DNA from: Vitrella brassicaformis CCMP3155
Taxonomy: Eukaryota; Protista; Chromerida
Assembly: GCA_001179505.1 (NCBI GenBank)
Contig: CDMY01000086.1
Coordinates: 62,001 to 126,000 of the forward strand
Length of the DNA stretch: 64,000 nt
Direction: 5' to 3'
In this document: positions 1 to 11,366 of the stretch, in pieces
Position numbering within the stretch: the first letter of the stretch is position 1
Layout: every line of letters begins with the position of its first letter
Notes under the pieces: generated by a model
Databases searched by the model: none
What the model saw: the letters and a program-made list of their open reading frames with translations, nothing else
Told to the model about the DNA's origin: nothing
Position numbers and translations under genes: made by a program

Positions 1-35
1 CGCACGCGTCATCAAAGTCCGTAGATTCCTCAGTT

Positions 36-46
36 TGCGAGCTTAG
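36..46 (+). promoter_or_regulatory. TGCGAGCTTAG motif, the same as the motif in the divergent promoters; the associated gene is not resolved
   Basis: Exact 11-mer match to 44537-44547; both copies are preceded by GCGTCATCA (6-14 and 44527-44535). Confidence 0.4.
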
Positions 47-199
47 AATAGCATTTTTCTGGTGAGATTTCGCTTATTCTTCAGGAGACAGCCAGGAGAC
101 GGACACCGCGCCAACTTTTGTTGCACCGTCCATTTCACTTCGTTTCGAAGCCTCTCGTCCAACAAGCCCTCGTCATCTCTCGTCCCACTGGCTCTCGTC

Positions 200-1030
200 G
201 TTCTGGTTTTTTATTTCTCCTGAGCCTTTTCGCATTCATCTCGTGAAGGCTCAAGCGCTGGCAGTGTCCTTTCAGCCTTCCAGATCCCCCGCGCGAGCGA
301 GGACAGGGTCCACCGGGAATGGCCCGACTGAGCGCTCTGTCCATCATCTCCACCACCAGCGCCGCAGAAGCCCAAGAGCCCTCTACCACATCGGGCATCA
401 ATCGCTGGCAATTGCAAAGGGTGAGCAACAACAGCGGTCGGGTTTTGTCGGGTTGCCGGTGTGTTGGCGGGTCTCTTTCTTTCATTGTGTGGTGCATTGC
501 AGCCGGCAGACAAGCTACAGCCCCGCCACGAGGCTCTCTAGGCTGCAGAACGGTAGGATATTCACTCTCTCGACGGGAGACGGCTCGTGCCTTCTTTGTC
601 TTTTTTGTCTCGCGCCGTCCTTTTCCGGGTCTCTGACACATCCTCGTCACTTATTTTCCTGAGCCTTTTCAGCCTCCTCTCGTCAAGGCTCAACGGCTGC
701 GCTGGTCAAGGTCGGCGGCATTGTGTTATCGGGAGATTCTGCGAGCTGGTGGGGAGGAGTATTGACAATAGGACAATGTACACACGACGGCGTGAGTGGA
801 AGAATGACCCGATGTCGCTGCCGCCATCTGTTAGAAGGCCTGTCAGGACGCCCAGCAACTTTCCCTTGCCATCCGCCAGCAAATCGCTCGCCAAGGGTGC
901 CATTGCCGGCAGCAAACCGCTCGCTAAGTGTGAGGGGAGCAACAACAGACGATGGATGCATCACCATGCATGCAATGTGTTGAGAATCTGATGATCTCTG
1001 GCCTCCATTTGTGTGGTGCATTGCAGTGAA
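200..1030. repeat. Degenerate tandem duplication (two diverged units, offset about 440-520 bp)
   Basis: tttctcctgagccttttcgcattcatctcgtgaaggctcaa (~215) vs ttttcctgagccttttcagcctcctctcgtcaaggctcaa (~654); ttgtgtggtgcattgcag at ~486 and ~1008. Minus-strand peptides LSLHEMNAKRLRR vs LSLDERRLKRLRK. Confidence 0.55.
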
Positions 1031-1739
1031 ATTGGAGGCCGAGAGGAGCAACAAGGAGACCAAATTGTGGACGGTTCCTTGATTCATTTGTTTTGCTGGG
1101 TGCAGATCTACGGTTGTGATATTGGAAGATGAAACAAGTTGTGATAGCCGCGGTAAAAGGTATTTCACACAAATGATGATGGTTTTTTGCATGCATCCAT
1201 TAATTGTGCGAATCGCCTGTGAATGGGTGTGCAGCGTGCTGAGGGGATATCGTGAGTGCCTGAGCAGCTCGTCGCACGAGGAGCGAGCAGAGGCGGACGA
1301 ACATGAAGACGAGTGCGGATGGGTCTTGATGGACACACATCCAGGTACGAAGGAATTCATTAATGAATGCATGAATGATGCATGGCTGTTTCATCCTTAC
1401 TGCCTTCACAGGCCGGCTGTGCGGGCGACATACCGATGACAGCGAAGACGAGCAAGGTCGGGAGTGTCCTTCTGACGGAGGGCGACGCGGCGTCGTCTGG
1501 GCGGGCATTCATGTCAGAGGGCCGCATGAGGGGCGAGGGCTCAGTGACCCATGGCCACTGCAGTGGGGAAAACACCGACGGAAGCACTCAGTCGGACAAG
1601 TGAGAAAGAGAGAGATGGAACACACATCACGCACGCACGTGTCCATATGTCATGCATGACATTTCCCTCCCCGCCTTTGTGGATTCGTGTGCGTCTTCAG
1701 TGTGTTTGTTGGCGCCAAGCCTGCCGTGTCTGACGTTGC

Positions 1740-4700
1740 CCAGGGCCCTACAGATGCCACGCCGTCACCGCCCGCACTGCCCACAGCCACACCCGCACCC
1801 CCCCGCACAGACAAACAGACCACAGAAACCGCCAAGACGTAAGACGCGGATCAGCTTCCATGACACAAAAAAGCCACAAGTTAGGGATGTGTGTTTTGTG
1901 TTGTCTGTGCTGCAGCGGTGTTGTGTCTGGCAAGGATAGCGCCAAGAAGAAGACTCGACGCAAGGCCACCGCAACCACCAACGCTCGCCCCCCGCCTGTC
2001 CCACCCACCGGCAAGATCACTATACTACACCCCGATTATCGCCCTCCCCAGGTGCGAGCGACATACCGACCCACCGTGGGTCGATGTCGATGGAAGCGGT
2101 GCCCAAAGGGGGTAGGAGAGCAGCAGCCTGTCAGCCTGACTGATGGATGTTCATTGTTTATTCTGTGTCCCCGACGTTCTCTCAGCCGTCCGAATAGACT
2201 GAACGCAGAGGTGGCGTGCGGTGAAACCGATGGCTGTCTGCATTTTATATCTGTTGGCCCATGATACTCAACTCTCGGGCGCTGCTCATCTACCGCAATG
2301 ACGCCCCAGCGGCCCCACAGGTACGTAAGTGAGATAGACACAAAGGAGGTAATCATGAACATTCGCTCATGTCTCTTCTCTTTCGTCTGTCTGTCTCCGC
2401 ATATTTTGCCGCTTCGGCGGCCAACGAGAGATCTACCAAGCAGCATGACGGAGGTGCGCGAATCACTGGCTCGCTGGGCGTCTCGTTGTTGCAGTTTGTG
2501 TCTGTGATTGCGGTGATCTACAGGCACGAGTCAAGTTGCTGGAGCTGCAGTTGCGTGACATCGTGTCACACGGGCAGAGAAGGTATTTCATGTTGATCTC
2601 TGTTTGTGCCCTGTGTGTTGCAGCTAGTCGAGTTGCTCAAGTCGAAGCTGCGAAATGCGGAGAAGGACGACAACAACCTCGTCGACCCTGGGCGAACAAG
2701 AGGGTAATCGAACACGTGTTCACTCACGGCCAACGTCATCTTCTGTGTGTGTGACCGCAGACCGCCGGAATCCAGTACACGGCGCCTGCCAAAAGGAGAC
2801 CTTCACGCGCCACGCTCAGACCACAAGCGTACGTCCAAAACTCGAACAGACAGCACAGGACACCACGCGTGGTCCTCTGTTTATCGCTGCATCCATGCAG
2901 ACAATGGTTGATGCGGCCGTGCAGGACGGCCAACGTGAACCACACACATTCACCCACTCACAACATGGCGACATCCAAGTGCACCTGCCTGCGTCTGTGC
3001 GTGGGTTGTGTGTGTGCAGGTCGGTTCGGCCCCTGCTGGTGCTGGTGGCGTTGGGAAGACGTCCTATCCTGGGGCAGATACAGGACGTGCCGCACTCTCT
3101 CACAGGGTCACCCAGCGACCTGCGAAGAGCACGTCGGCTGCCAAGATGCAGATCTATCGCCTTCTACATCTTGTACCTGTGGGCCTCTTCGACTTTATCC
3201 AAGCTTGGCTGCCGTGCATGGGTCGCATTTATATTCCCGGCGGCCCCACAGGTACGTAAGTGAGAGAGGAACGAAGAGGGTCACGGACATATTCGCTCAT
3301 GTCTCCTGTCTTCTCTCTTTCTGTCTCCGCATATTTGGCGCTTCGGCGGCCACCGAGAGATCCACACCAACGACACTGACACTGCAAGACTTCATCACAC
3401 AAAAGGTCGCAACAAAACATGACTGACACGAGAAGGCCGTGAATGCATTAATTAGCACTCTTGACTTCTCATCCGGTGTCTTGCTGTCTGCCTGTCTTTG
3501 TGTGTGCATCCATCCATCCATTAGAAACCAGAATCCAAGGCCAACAAGCCACGCCCCCACCGCCCCTCCCAGGCCCCAGCGGCGGGCACACCCACAGCCA
3601 CCATCGCCGTCCGTGTCGAGGAAGCCAAAAAAGGTGTGTATATGTCTATCGCATTTGCACGTCCGGCCGTGTGTGTGTGTGGCCTTTTTGGTGTTGTCAG
3701 GACAAGCCCAAGCAGGAGGCACAGCAGGCGGCGCAGCTCACCACGCTGCTGGCGGCGGTAGAGCGCGTCAACAAGAACAAGAAGAAGAAGGCGTCAGCAG
3801 GGGCCAGCGGTGTCGGTGCTGGTGGTGCAGGGGTTGTTGGTGGTGTTGGGGCCCCCAGCCGGTGACCCCCTCCCTCCCCATGCCCCGGTGTCTCCCTGCC
3901 CACTTCTCCTTGTCCAGTAACAGGGAGACATGGGTGGGAAGGGCATACAGAAGACTTGTCTTGTCCTCTCTCTGTGGCTGGGTGGTGTGCAGATCGCTGG
4001 CTACATTTTATATTCGATCGCCTCATGACGACTCCTTCAACGAGCTAGATTGCCTAGTGTTGGTGTCACGAGTGGCGGCGGTGCTACTGGGGGGGCGGGT
4101 GTTGGTGAGGGCCTGCCGCCGCCGACGGAGTGTGTCAAGCGTAGCCGACACCGGTATTACGGCCGTCTCCGTGTCGGTATTCCCAATCGGGAAACCGACC
4201 CCGACGCCGACACGGCCATCTGGAGACCCCGTAAGCAAATACACCTCCTCCCACAGACAAATGTATTCATCTCGCCCTCTACTCCTGATGTTCTGGTCTT
4301 TCAGGTGCCGATGTTGTGCGGCTCTCAGCTCAAGGCGGGGCAGTCCAATATAGAGGTGGGCTACGGCTACGGCAATTACGGTGTCAACGGCATGGGGGCG
4401 GGCGGCGATGGTCAGAGAGGCCAAGGTACGTATGTGCATGTGTCAGGGGACAGGCAACACGACGACAGCGACGACGCTGTGGATGCCGCCTGCGTAAGTT
4501 CAACACAAGCAAGCACCATGAACGATGGATATGTGTCATTAATTGATGTGCCTCTGTCGTTTTGTATGTGCAGTGCAAGCCCTTCATCGCCTCATTCCGG
4601 CCTTGTTACACTCCCTACACGCCCAGTGCACCGTCCGGCAGAAAGCCCTCACCTTGAGAATGATGGTGACGATTCATTCTTGAAACACGCGAGCACGATG

Positions 4701-5800
4701 GTGTGGGGCTGCATATGTATGAGGGCACATGTGATGGTGTCGACACAGAGAGGCACTTGGGCGGGGCAGTGAGACAGTTGGCCGTGAGCGAGGCGACGAG
4801 TCCATGAAGCGAGTGTCACGCTCCATGCCCAGACCGTCAGGCACACGAATGTCAGGCAGGCATACCGGTCTGGGCATGGAGTCAGTCAGGTGGTCCCATA
4901 TTCGCCCTCACGTGTTTGTGCGTTTGGTGTCTGCCTCTGTCTCTCAGGTCGATGCCAGCCCCACCCCGCCAGCCCCACCCACCCTACCCACGCCCACACC
5001 TGCCACCCCCACCACACACAGCTCCCCCCTACACGGACCAACTGGCGGGACCGGCGTTATCCCCCTCTGCCAAGGTAGGAATACAACGTAGACATCTTCC
5101 CCACAGATAAACGCACCCACGCACCTGCGAAAGCACAGCAAGATGGATGACGCATATATCTTTCGTTGTCTCACACTTGCAGGTTTTCGAGAATCCTTTC
5201 GTCCAGAACGACAGCCAGCCCAGCACCGCCTTCCTCCTTTCGTGCTTGCTCATCCATGCAGGTGAAGGCGGCGACTTTGGCCTCCATGTTGACGACCTGC
5301 AAATCACAAGAGCCGCTGGCTGACTCCTGTGTGTCTTTGCCGCTGTCTGAGAATCTGCTTCACCAAGGCAGAGTGGAAGAAGGAGATCGCCAAGAAAGAG
5401 CGGGACAAAGAGGTCGGCTTACAGGCAAGAAACCGCGTCGACTACCACTGCTTTGCCTCTCCCATTTTTCTCATGTCTCTCCTGCTTGTGCAGATGGCTG
5501 CCTACATTTTATATTTGTGGAGCCTGTATCTCCTGCACCGATGCACCACACCCACCACGAGCAGCGGAACCAACACAGCGGAACACCTGTGAAATCCACT
5601 TGGTTGGATTGCCTGCGCCGTGAGGGTCCTTCCGCTGCGGCAGGCCAACGGCGCGTCCATCGTGGGACGGCGGCAGCGCCCGGGCGGGTCGGCGACGGAT
5701 GGCCTGACGAGATGTTCCGCACTCCCGACGACGCCGCGGTGCGTCGGACGCCCGTCAAGGTGCCAACACATAAGTGGAGTCAGCAAAAGGGAGCGGGATG
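1740..5800 (+). pseudogene. Array of diverged paralogous exon modules: hypothetical gene(s) or relics, no product assignable
   Basis: Spliced-looking Lys/Pro-rich exons (DSAKKKTRRK, DKPKQEAQQ, RICFTKAEWKKEIAKKERDKE); near-duplicate blocks 2310-2440 and 3241-3366; the recurring [IM]AxYILY exon start is usually followed by an early stop. Confidence 0.35.
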
Positions 5801-6109
5801 GGAGGTCTGCATCTCCACCAATGGAGAGAGGCGCATGCATGACCTTTGTGTGGATTTCTGTGTCTGCAGTCAGCCCACCCATGGGAGAGGGCGGAGAGGG
5901 GATGGGCTCAGAGGGCATCGGCGGGGCGGGCGGAAGGGAAGAGAGAGCGGGCAGTCCTCAGCCGGACTTTGGTCCGCCCAGGTACCCACCACACTCCGGC
6001 TGAGGACGGCGTATTTCAGCCATCAGCCTCGCAGCCAGGGGCGGCCATCCCATGGTAAAAGGTGGACTGTGGCAAACACGCCACAAACACGCCATGGGGT
6101 TTGACGGCG

Positions 6110-6680
6110 ATGGCTTCGAGAAGGGAAAGGGCCAACATCACGAAGGCCACTGAGGACTACGAGTGGCTCGAGGTGGCCGACATCGCGCAGCACTCAGAGA
6201 GGCTCGAAAACCCGTGCGTTGAGTTGGGAGGGGTAAGCAAGCAGACAGAGGAGAAGGGGCGAGACAAGTGACGTTATCTTTTTGTCTGTTTCTCTGTGTA
6301 TGTGCGTGTAGATTAAGGGGGAGTCGGTGGCCGAGAGGGTCGACCTTCTTACGACCCACTTGGAGCGGGAGCGGGGGGCGGTGGTGGCCATGTTGCTGCG
6401 TGAGAGGGCGGTGTTCGAGGCCGGACAACAGCCGATGGATCACTTTGTGGCCATCAAACCCCAGCCTGACCCAAGCGGAGTCCCACTGACGTCACGGGCC
6501 ACGCTTCATCCGTGCGGCAGAGACACGGGAAGAGAGGGACATCGCTACCTACATTTTATATCCGGATGGAGAGATAAGACAGAGACACACGCCAAATGGG
6601 CACACACACAGAGAGATCGAAGTGGATGCATGCTGTTGATGGACTTACTTATAGTATATGGCACCGACATGCATGGATGA
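6110..6680 (+). CDS. Hypothetical protein, at least 2 exons; 3' end uncertain
   Basis: Exon 6110-6232 (MASRRERANITKATEDYEWLEVADIAQ), phase-0 GT-AG intron 6233-6311, continuing in frame as IKGESVAERVDLLTTHLERERGAVVAMLLRERAVF. Confidence 0.45.
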
Positions 6681-7007
6681 GTGGTGTCGGCTGAATAAGG
6701 AACGTGATTTGAAGCGGAACCAACACAAATACAGCACCAGCACGCCGCGAGGAGGGGAAGCGAGCAGCTTTGACACCATAGCAACGGTATGTGGCACATG
6801 TTGCACAATCGCTTATAGTCATTTGTGCTGTGTGTTGCTGTGTGTATGCTGTGGACAGGCAAGCCTGAATACGGTTTATGTATGTACGTTGCATTCATTT
6901 GCCATGGATGTATGTGTGTCTGTGCCGGCTGGACGTCGCGCAGCTCCGTCAATGCAAACATGAGACAGTTCGTGTGTGTCTGTGGATTTTCAACAAGTCT
7001 ATGTAGG

Positions 7008-8932
7008 TCACGACACGCGTATGAGTGGCGAGGCGCCGTCGTCTTGGAAGCCCGTTACCAGCGCGGTAGTGTCCTTCTCCTTCAGCTGCACATGTCGACA
7101 GGGAAAGGGCAAGCGGTGGAGGGGTCAGCACACAATACACAGATCATGGAATACATGTGTCTGTGTGTTGCTGTGTTGGTCGGCCCCGATGTCCACATAC
7201 CTTGAGGTACCATATGTAGTTGAGCAGCTCCTCCTGCGTGAAGTTGAGTCCGCCCTGAAACGACTGGTAACCCAATCCCTACCAGCATAACAGACAAATG
7301 GAAACGAGAGACACGTATCTGCATTTGCCGCGCTTGGGGTCTCATCAACCATTGTCCTTCCTCACCTCAGCGTTGAGTATGTCCTGTCTGCCCGCCGCCT
7401 CTCTCTCGGCAATAATGGAATTCGCTGGACACATCCATCCATCCATCCATCCGACACGCGCTGGCATGTGTCTCATATGGCGGGGAATGCGTACCATCCC
7501 TCTCTGCCGTGTCCATGATCAAGCGCTTGTTCACGCGCTCAAGCTCGACATCCGCGGTCGTGTCTGCAACAAACAGGAAAACAAGGGGACCTAAGGGGTA
7601 CTTCTGCTCCCTCGCTGCCTTTGTGGCTGACTGACTTGCTTCGATTTCTTTGACGAGTCCCTCCACTTTGCGCATGGCGGCGTTTCTCTCCGACACCTTC
7701 TGATCGAGGAACTTCTTCTCCTGCGTCTCGCGGAGAATGATGCGGCCCAGATACAAGGCCGCAACGTAACTTCATTCCGTCCAGACACAGACAGAGGCAG
7801 ACAGGCAAGGCGCAGGTGTTGGTTGTCGTGGGGGATCCAGTGTGTCGCTTGCTCACGCGTAGAATGGCTGCAGTTGACGCGTGACCTCCTGGCCAAACGC
7901 CTAACAACATTCATCGAGGGAGGGTGCAGCCTCTGTCTTGCTTCTTCTGTGCAGTCTATCCACCTGCTGCACGAGCGGTCTTCTCTTGATCATGTCATCG
8001 ACGGTGAATCGCTCAGCGGTATTGGCCAACGCTGCCTGGATTAGGAAAAATAGAGGCACAGCCCTGTCGATCGATTCCATTCCATCCATCCATCCATGCG
8101 CCTGTTGCCTACCCTTGCTTTGTCGACATACATCGAGTGGTAGTTCTCCTTGAGTGCCTCGTACAGGTCCGGCAGCTGCTCTATCCTCAACCTGCAGACG
8201 CACGACACACAGGCACACATCCACCGGCACCCACCCGTCCTCTGTGTATCTATCGGCCCACCTGTAGTAGATGAAGACTTCCACATCCACCGACACTGCA
8301 CTTGAGCCGCTCTCGCTTCGTGTCTTGGTGGCGATGGGACGGCCGTCCACACAGTCAGAGCAAAACTGACACACGTACATGGCAGACACACGTACAGATA
8401 CGTGAGGCCAGCCATCATGGCTGGGTGGTGTGGCTGGTGGCTGACTGCTGACCTCCATGGGCAGCCATGTGGTCGGGTATGCGATGAAGCGGTTCCCAAT
8501 ACCCATGAAGTACCTGCGAAAGAAACGACAAAACAGGCAAGACACACCAAGAGGCATCCCCCTTCTTGAATTGTGCTGGCTGACCGGCCCTCTCTGAAGA
8601 CTTTGTCTTTGTACAGCGTCACGTAGATGTCATTGAATCTGCGGCAACACGGGAAGTGACGATCTGTGCGTCGGCCGTCCCATGCTCATCCCTCACCTCA
8701 GCCCAACGCGATTGGTCTCCAGCACCGCAAACGAAGACGCAAACAGAGATATGGCCTGCACACATGCGTGGACGCACGTCAACACAGACAGAAAAGAGAG
8801 AGAGATGAGGTGTGCAAGCACCGCCACTGCGCCTGGCCACTGCGTTCCACTTTCGTGGCTGTTCATATATACCACGATGATGATGGTCAGGATGCAGCAG
8901 GCAAAGCAGCCGTGCCTGAACTTGTTCTCCAT
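7008..8932 (-). CDS. SPFH/band-7 (prohibitin/stomatin-like) membrane protein, multi-exon
   Basis: Spliced peptide: N-terminal TM (CFACCILTIIIVVY), AVLETNRVGL, FREGRYFMGIGNRFIAYPTT, VSVDVEVFIYYRLRIEQLPDLYEALKENY, AERFTVDDMIKRRPLVQQ, then a coiled-coil and the tail LNFTQEELLNYIWYLK. Start codon uncertain. Confidence 0.72.
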
Positions 8933-9093
8933 CGCAGACACACAGCTGCTCAGCAGAAAATGGCAGATCTAGGAGCGCCGCTGTGCACCATGTCGACCAG
9001 GCCGCTGCTGTCGGTGTCGCCAAAGAGGACGCGTACGATAGAGTTCCCGGTTCAGCTGGGATCCCAGCCAACTTCCTCGCCGGCCTTCGACAA

Positions 9094-9101
9094 AGCTCGC
9101 A
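9094..9101 (-). promoter_or_regulatory. TGCGAGCT motif in the SPFH/DnaJ divergent interval
   Basis: AGCTCGCA on the + strand, between ATGs 8932(-) and 9268(+). Confidence 0.5.
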
Positions 9102-9267
9102 TTCCCAAAACGGCGTTTCGTGTTCTCGCAAGCTTCGCATGACGTTCTTTGGATCACGGCTCCAATCGTTCCTGTTTCGTCGCTTCTATGATACCCATGA
9201 TAATGAGGTTCAAGGCAGCATAACGGCGCAGAAGTGTTGAATCTGGGCATTGCCCAAGCATTGCCTG

Positions 9268-10666
9268 ATGCGTCGGAGCTTTGTGGACTTCTACAAGGTG
9301 CTGGGGGTGTCGCCACAGGCCAGCAGCGCCCTCATCAAGACGGCTTTCTATGACCTCGCCAAGCGATTCCATCCCGACGCTGGCGGGAGGGAGAGCAGTG
9401 CCGCCAAGACCGCAGCCACAGGTGCCAAGAGCCCTCAGGAGCACTTCAAGCTCGTCAACGAGGCATACCAGACCTTGTCCAAGAACCGGGCGGCTTACGA
9501 CGATGAGTATCGGCAAAACCTGCCTTCGTTCGCGGCTCAGCAGGCTCGTTATCGAGCCCAGTACCCGCAGAGCAGCCGACCTTCAGAGTCAGCCAGGCCC
9601 TCGGCGGCCCATGGCGGTGAGCAGAGGAGGGGTGGCCAGCAGGGGAGGCGACAGGAAGCTACTCGGCCATCGTATGCGCCTCCCGAGGCGGACTATTTCC
9701 ACGAGTATTATGGGGGCGGTGTGGTCGACAGTGACGAGGAAGAGAGGCACTGGTTCGCATCGGCCAAACCGCGACGGTGAGCGAAGGCAAGAGGGAAATG
9801 AGAGGGTACACACAGAATATATGGAGCACACGTGTGTGTGTGTGTGTGTGTGTGTTTGACTACAGCAGTGGTCGCGGTCGGGCCCAGCCGCACTCGTTTG
9901 CGTACTGGGAGGACGACGTGAGTGACGGCGAAAACGACTGGACCGACGAGAGAGAGTATCAGGAGTTCTGCAGGTGTGTATCAATGGATCAATCGCCATC
10001 AATCGCCGAACACCTACACGGCATCACACCTTCCTCCCTCCCTCTGTGTGTTCGTGTGTGTGTCAGACGTTTGTGGCAGCAGGAGAGCAGGCGGAAGAAG
10101 ACCAAGCGGAAACCGCAGCGGCCCGACTGGACACACGGCGACTTTGAGGAGTCATGGAAGTCATTCGTCAACAACAGCGGAGAGGCCAACAGCAGCACCA
10201 CCGGCAGCCAGCAGCCACCACCACACGAACGGCACAAGACGCGGAAGGACAAGGAGAGGGGAGAGAAGGCCGCGTCATCCGACAGCAAGGCTTCCCCAGA
10301 GGAAAACCAGACCGGTTCGCCCGACACAGATGACGACCGTTGGGGCCACGGCTATGACTCGGACAGTGACGATTCGTCCGACGACGATGAGTGGGTGGGG
10401 CGGACGCACCACAGGTCTCGGTCTCGTCCGCGGTACAAGTCGTGGAGCCCGCCGTCAAAGCGGCAGGGCGCGCGCATCTTCACAGTAGCAAGCAGGATGA
10501 AGACGGATGGGTCGTGCACCAGCCCGCCGCGGCTCGACCCGCAGTACCAGAAGTGGGGCAACAGGGTCGAACCCGTACTCTTCTTCAGGGAGAAACACAT
10601 CATGGGATGGTAACCACACACCCACGGCAGCCAGCCAAGGGCCCAGAACACACGATGGCACGCAGA

Positions 10667-10697
<31 letters not shown>

Positions 10698-10846
10698 TCA
10701 GGTTGTCGATGCACGGGGAGCATGACCGTCTGTACGGTGTGTTTCGCGACGGGCGGTTCAGCTACTCGCTCGTGTGGAAGAAGGACAACAGGTCGTGGGA
10801 CCAGCCAATGTACGAGATCAGGAGGCAGAAGAAAGGCGGCAGATGA
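9268..10846 (+). CDS. DnaJ (J-domain) protein, type III, 4 exons
   Basis: DFYKVLGVSPQASSALIKTAFYDLAKRFHPD...FKLVNEAYQTLS with an intact HPD; GT-AG introns near 9777-9864, 9974-10066 and 10611-10700. Confidence 0.88.
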
Positions 10847-11366
10847 TCGAGATCATCTCTGTCTCTCTCTCATGGAAGATGGATCGATGGGTGCAATCAA
10901 TTGTGTATGTGCGGTTTTTGTACATACATACATATGCATGCATGTGTTTGTGTGTACACACATGACATGCCTCGGCAAGGCAAGGCAAGGGATGCGTTTT
11001 GGTGAGTGAGTGGGTGGGTGGGCCGGTGCGACAGATGTGCTGGCGCGGCCGCACGAGTGGCAGGGAGAGAGGGAGGGATTGATGGGTGGACGGGGTGCAG
11101 TGTAGGTAGTAGCGTCACGTAGAGCGAGCCACTCGACGTCCGTCAGTAGACAGACAGACAGACAGACCAACAGACAGTTATTATCGCCTTTTTAATACAT
11201 CAACGAATTATCGCTCTGCAGCAGCTGTAGGCCATACTATCTATACACACAAGCACGCAAATGTCCTCATTGACCCCCATGTACACACCAGCTCCAACCC
11301 TCAATCGACCCGACAGACACACCGCACACAGAAGGCCACCTCACCGTCCATCCATCCATCCACCTG

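Noticed and set aside
706-708. In-frame TGA as possible selenocysteine
   Set aside because: No Cys at the aligned position in the duplicate, no redox motif, and no SECIS recognised.
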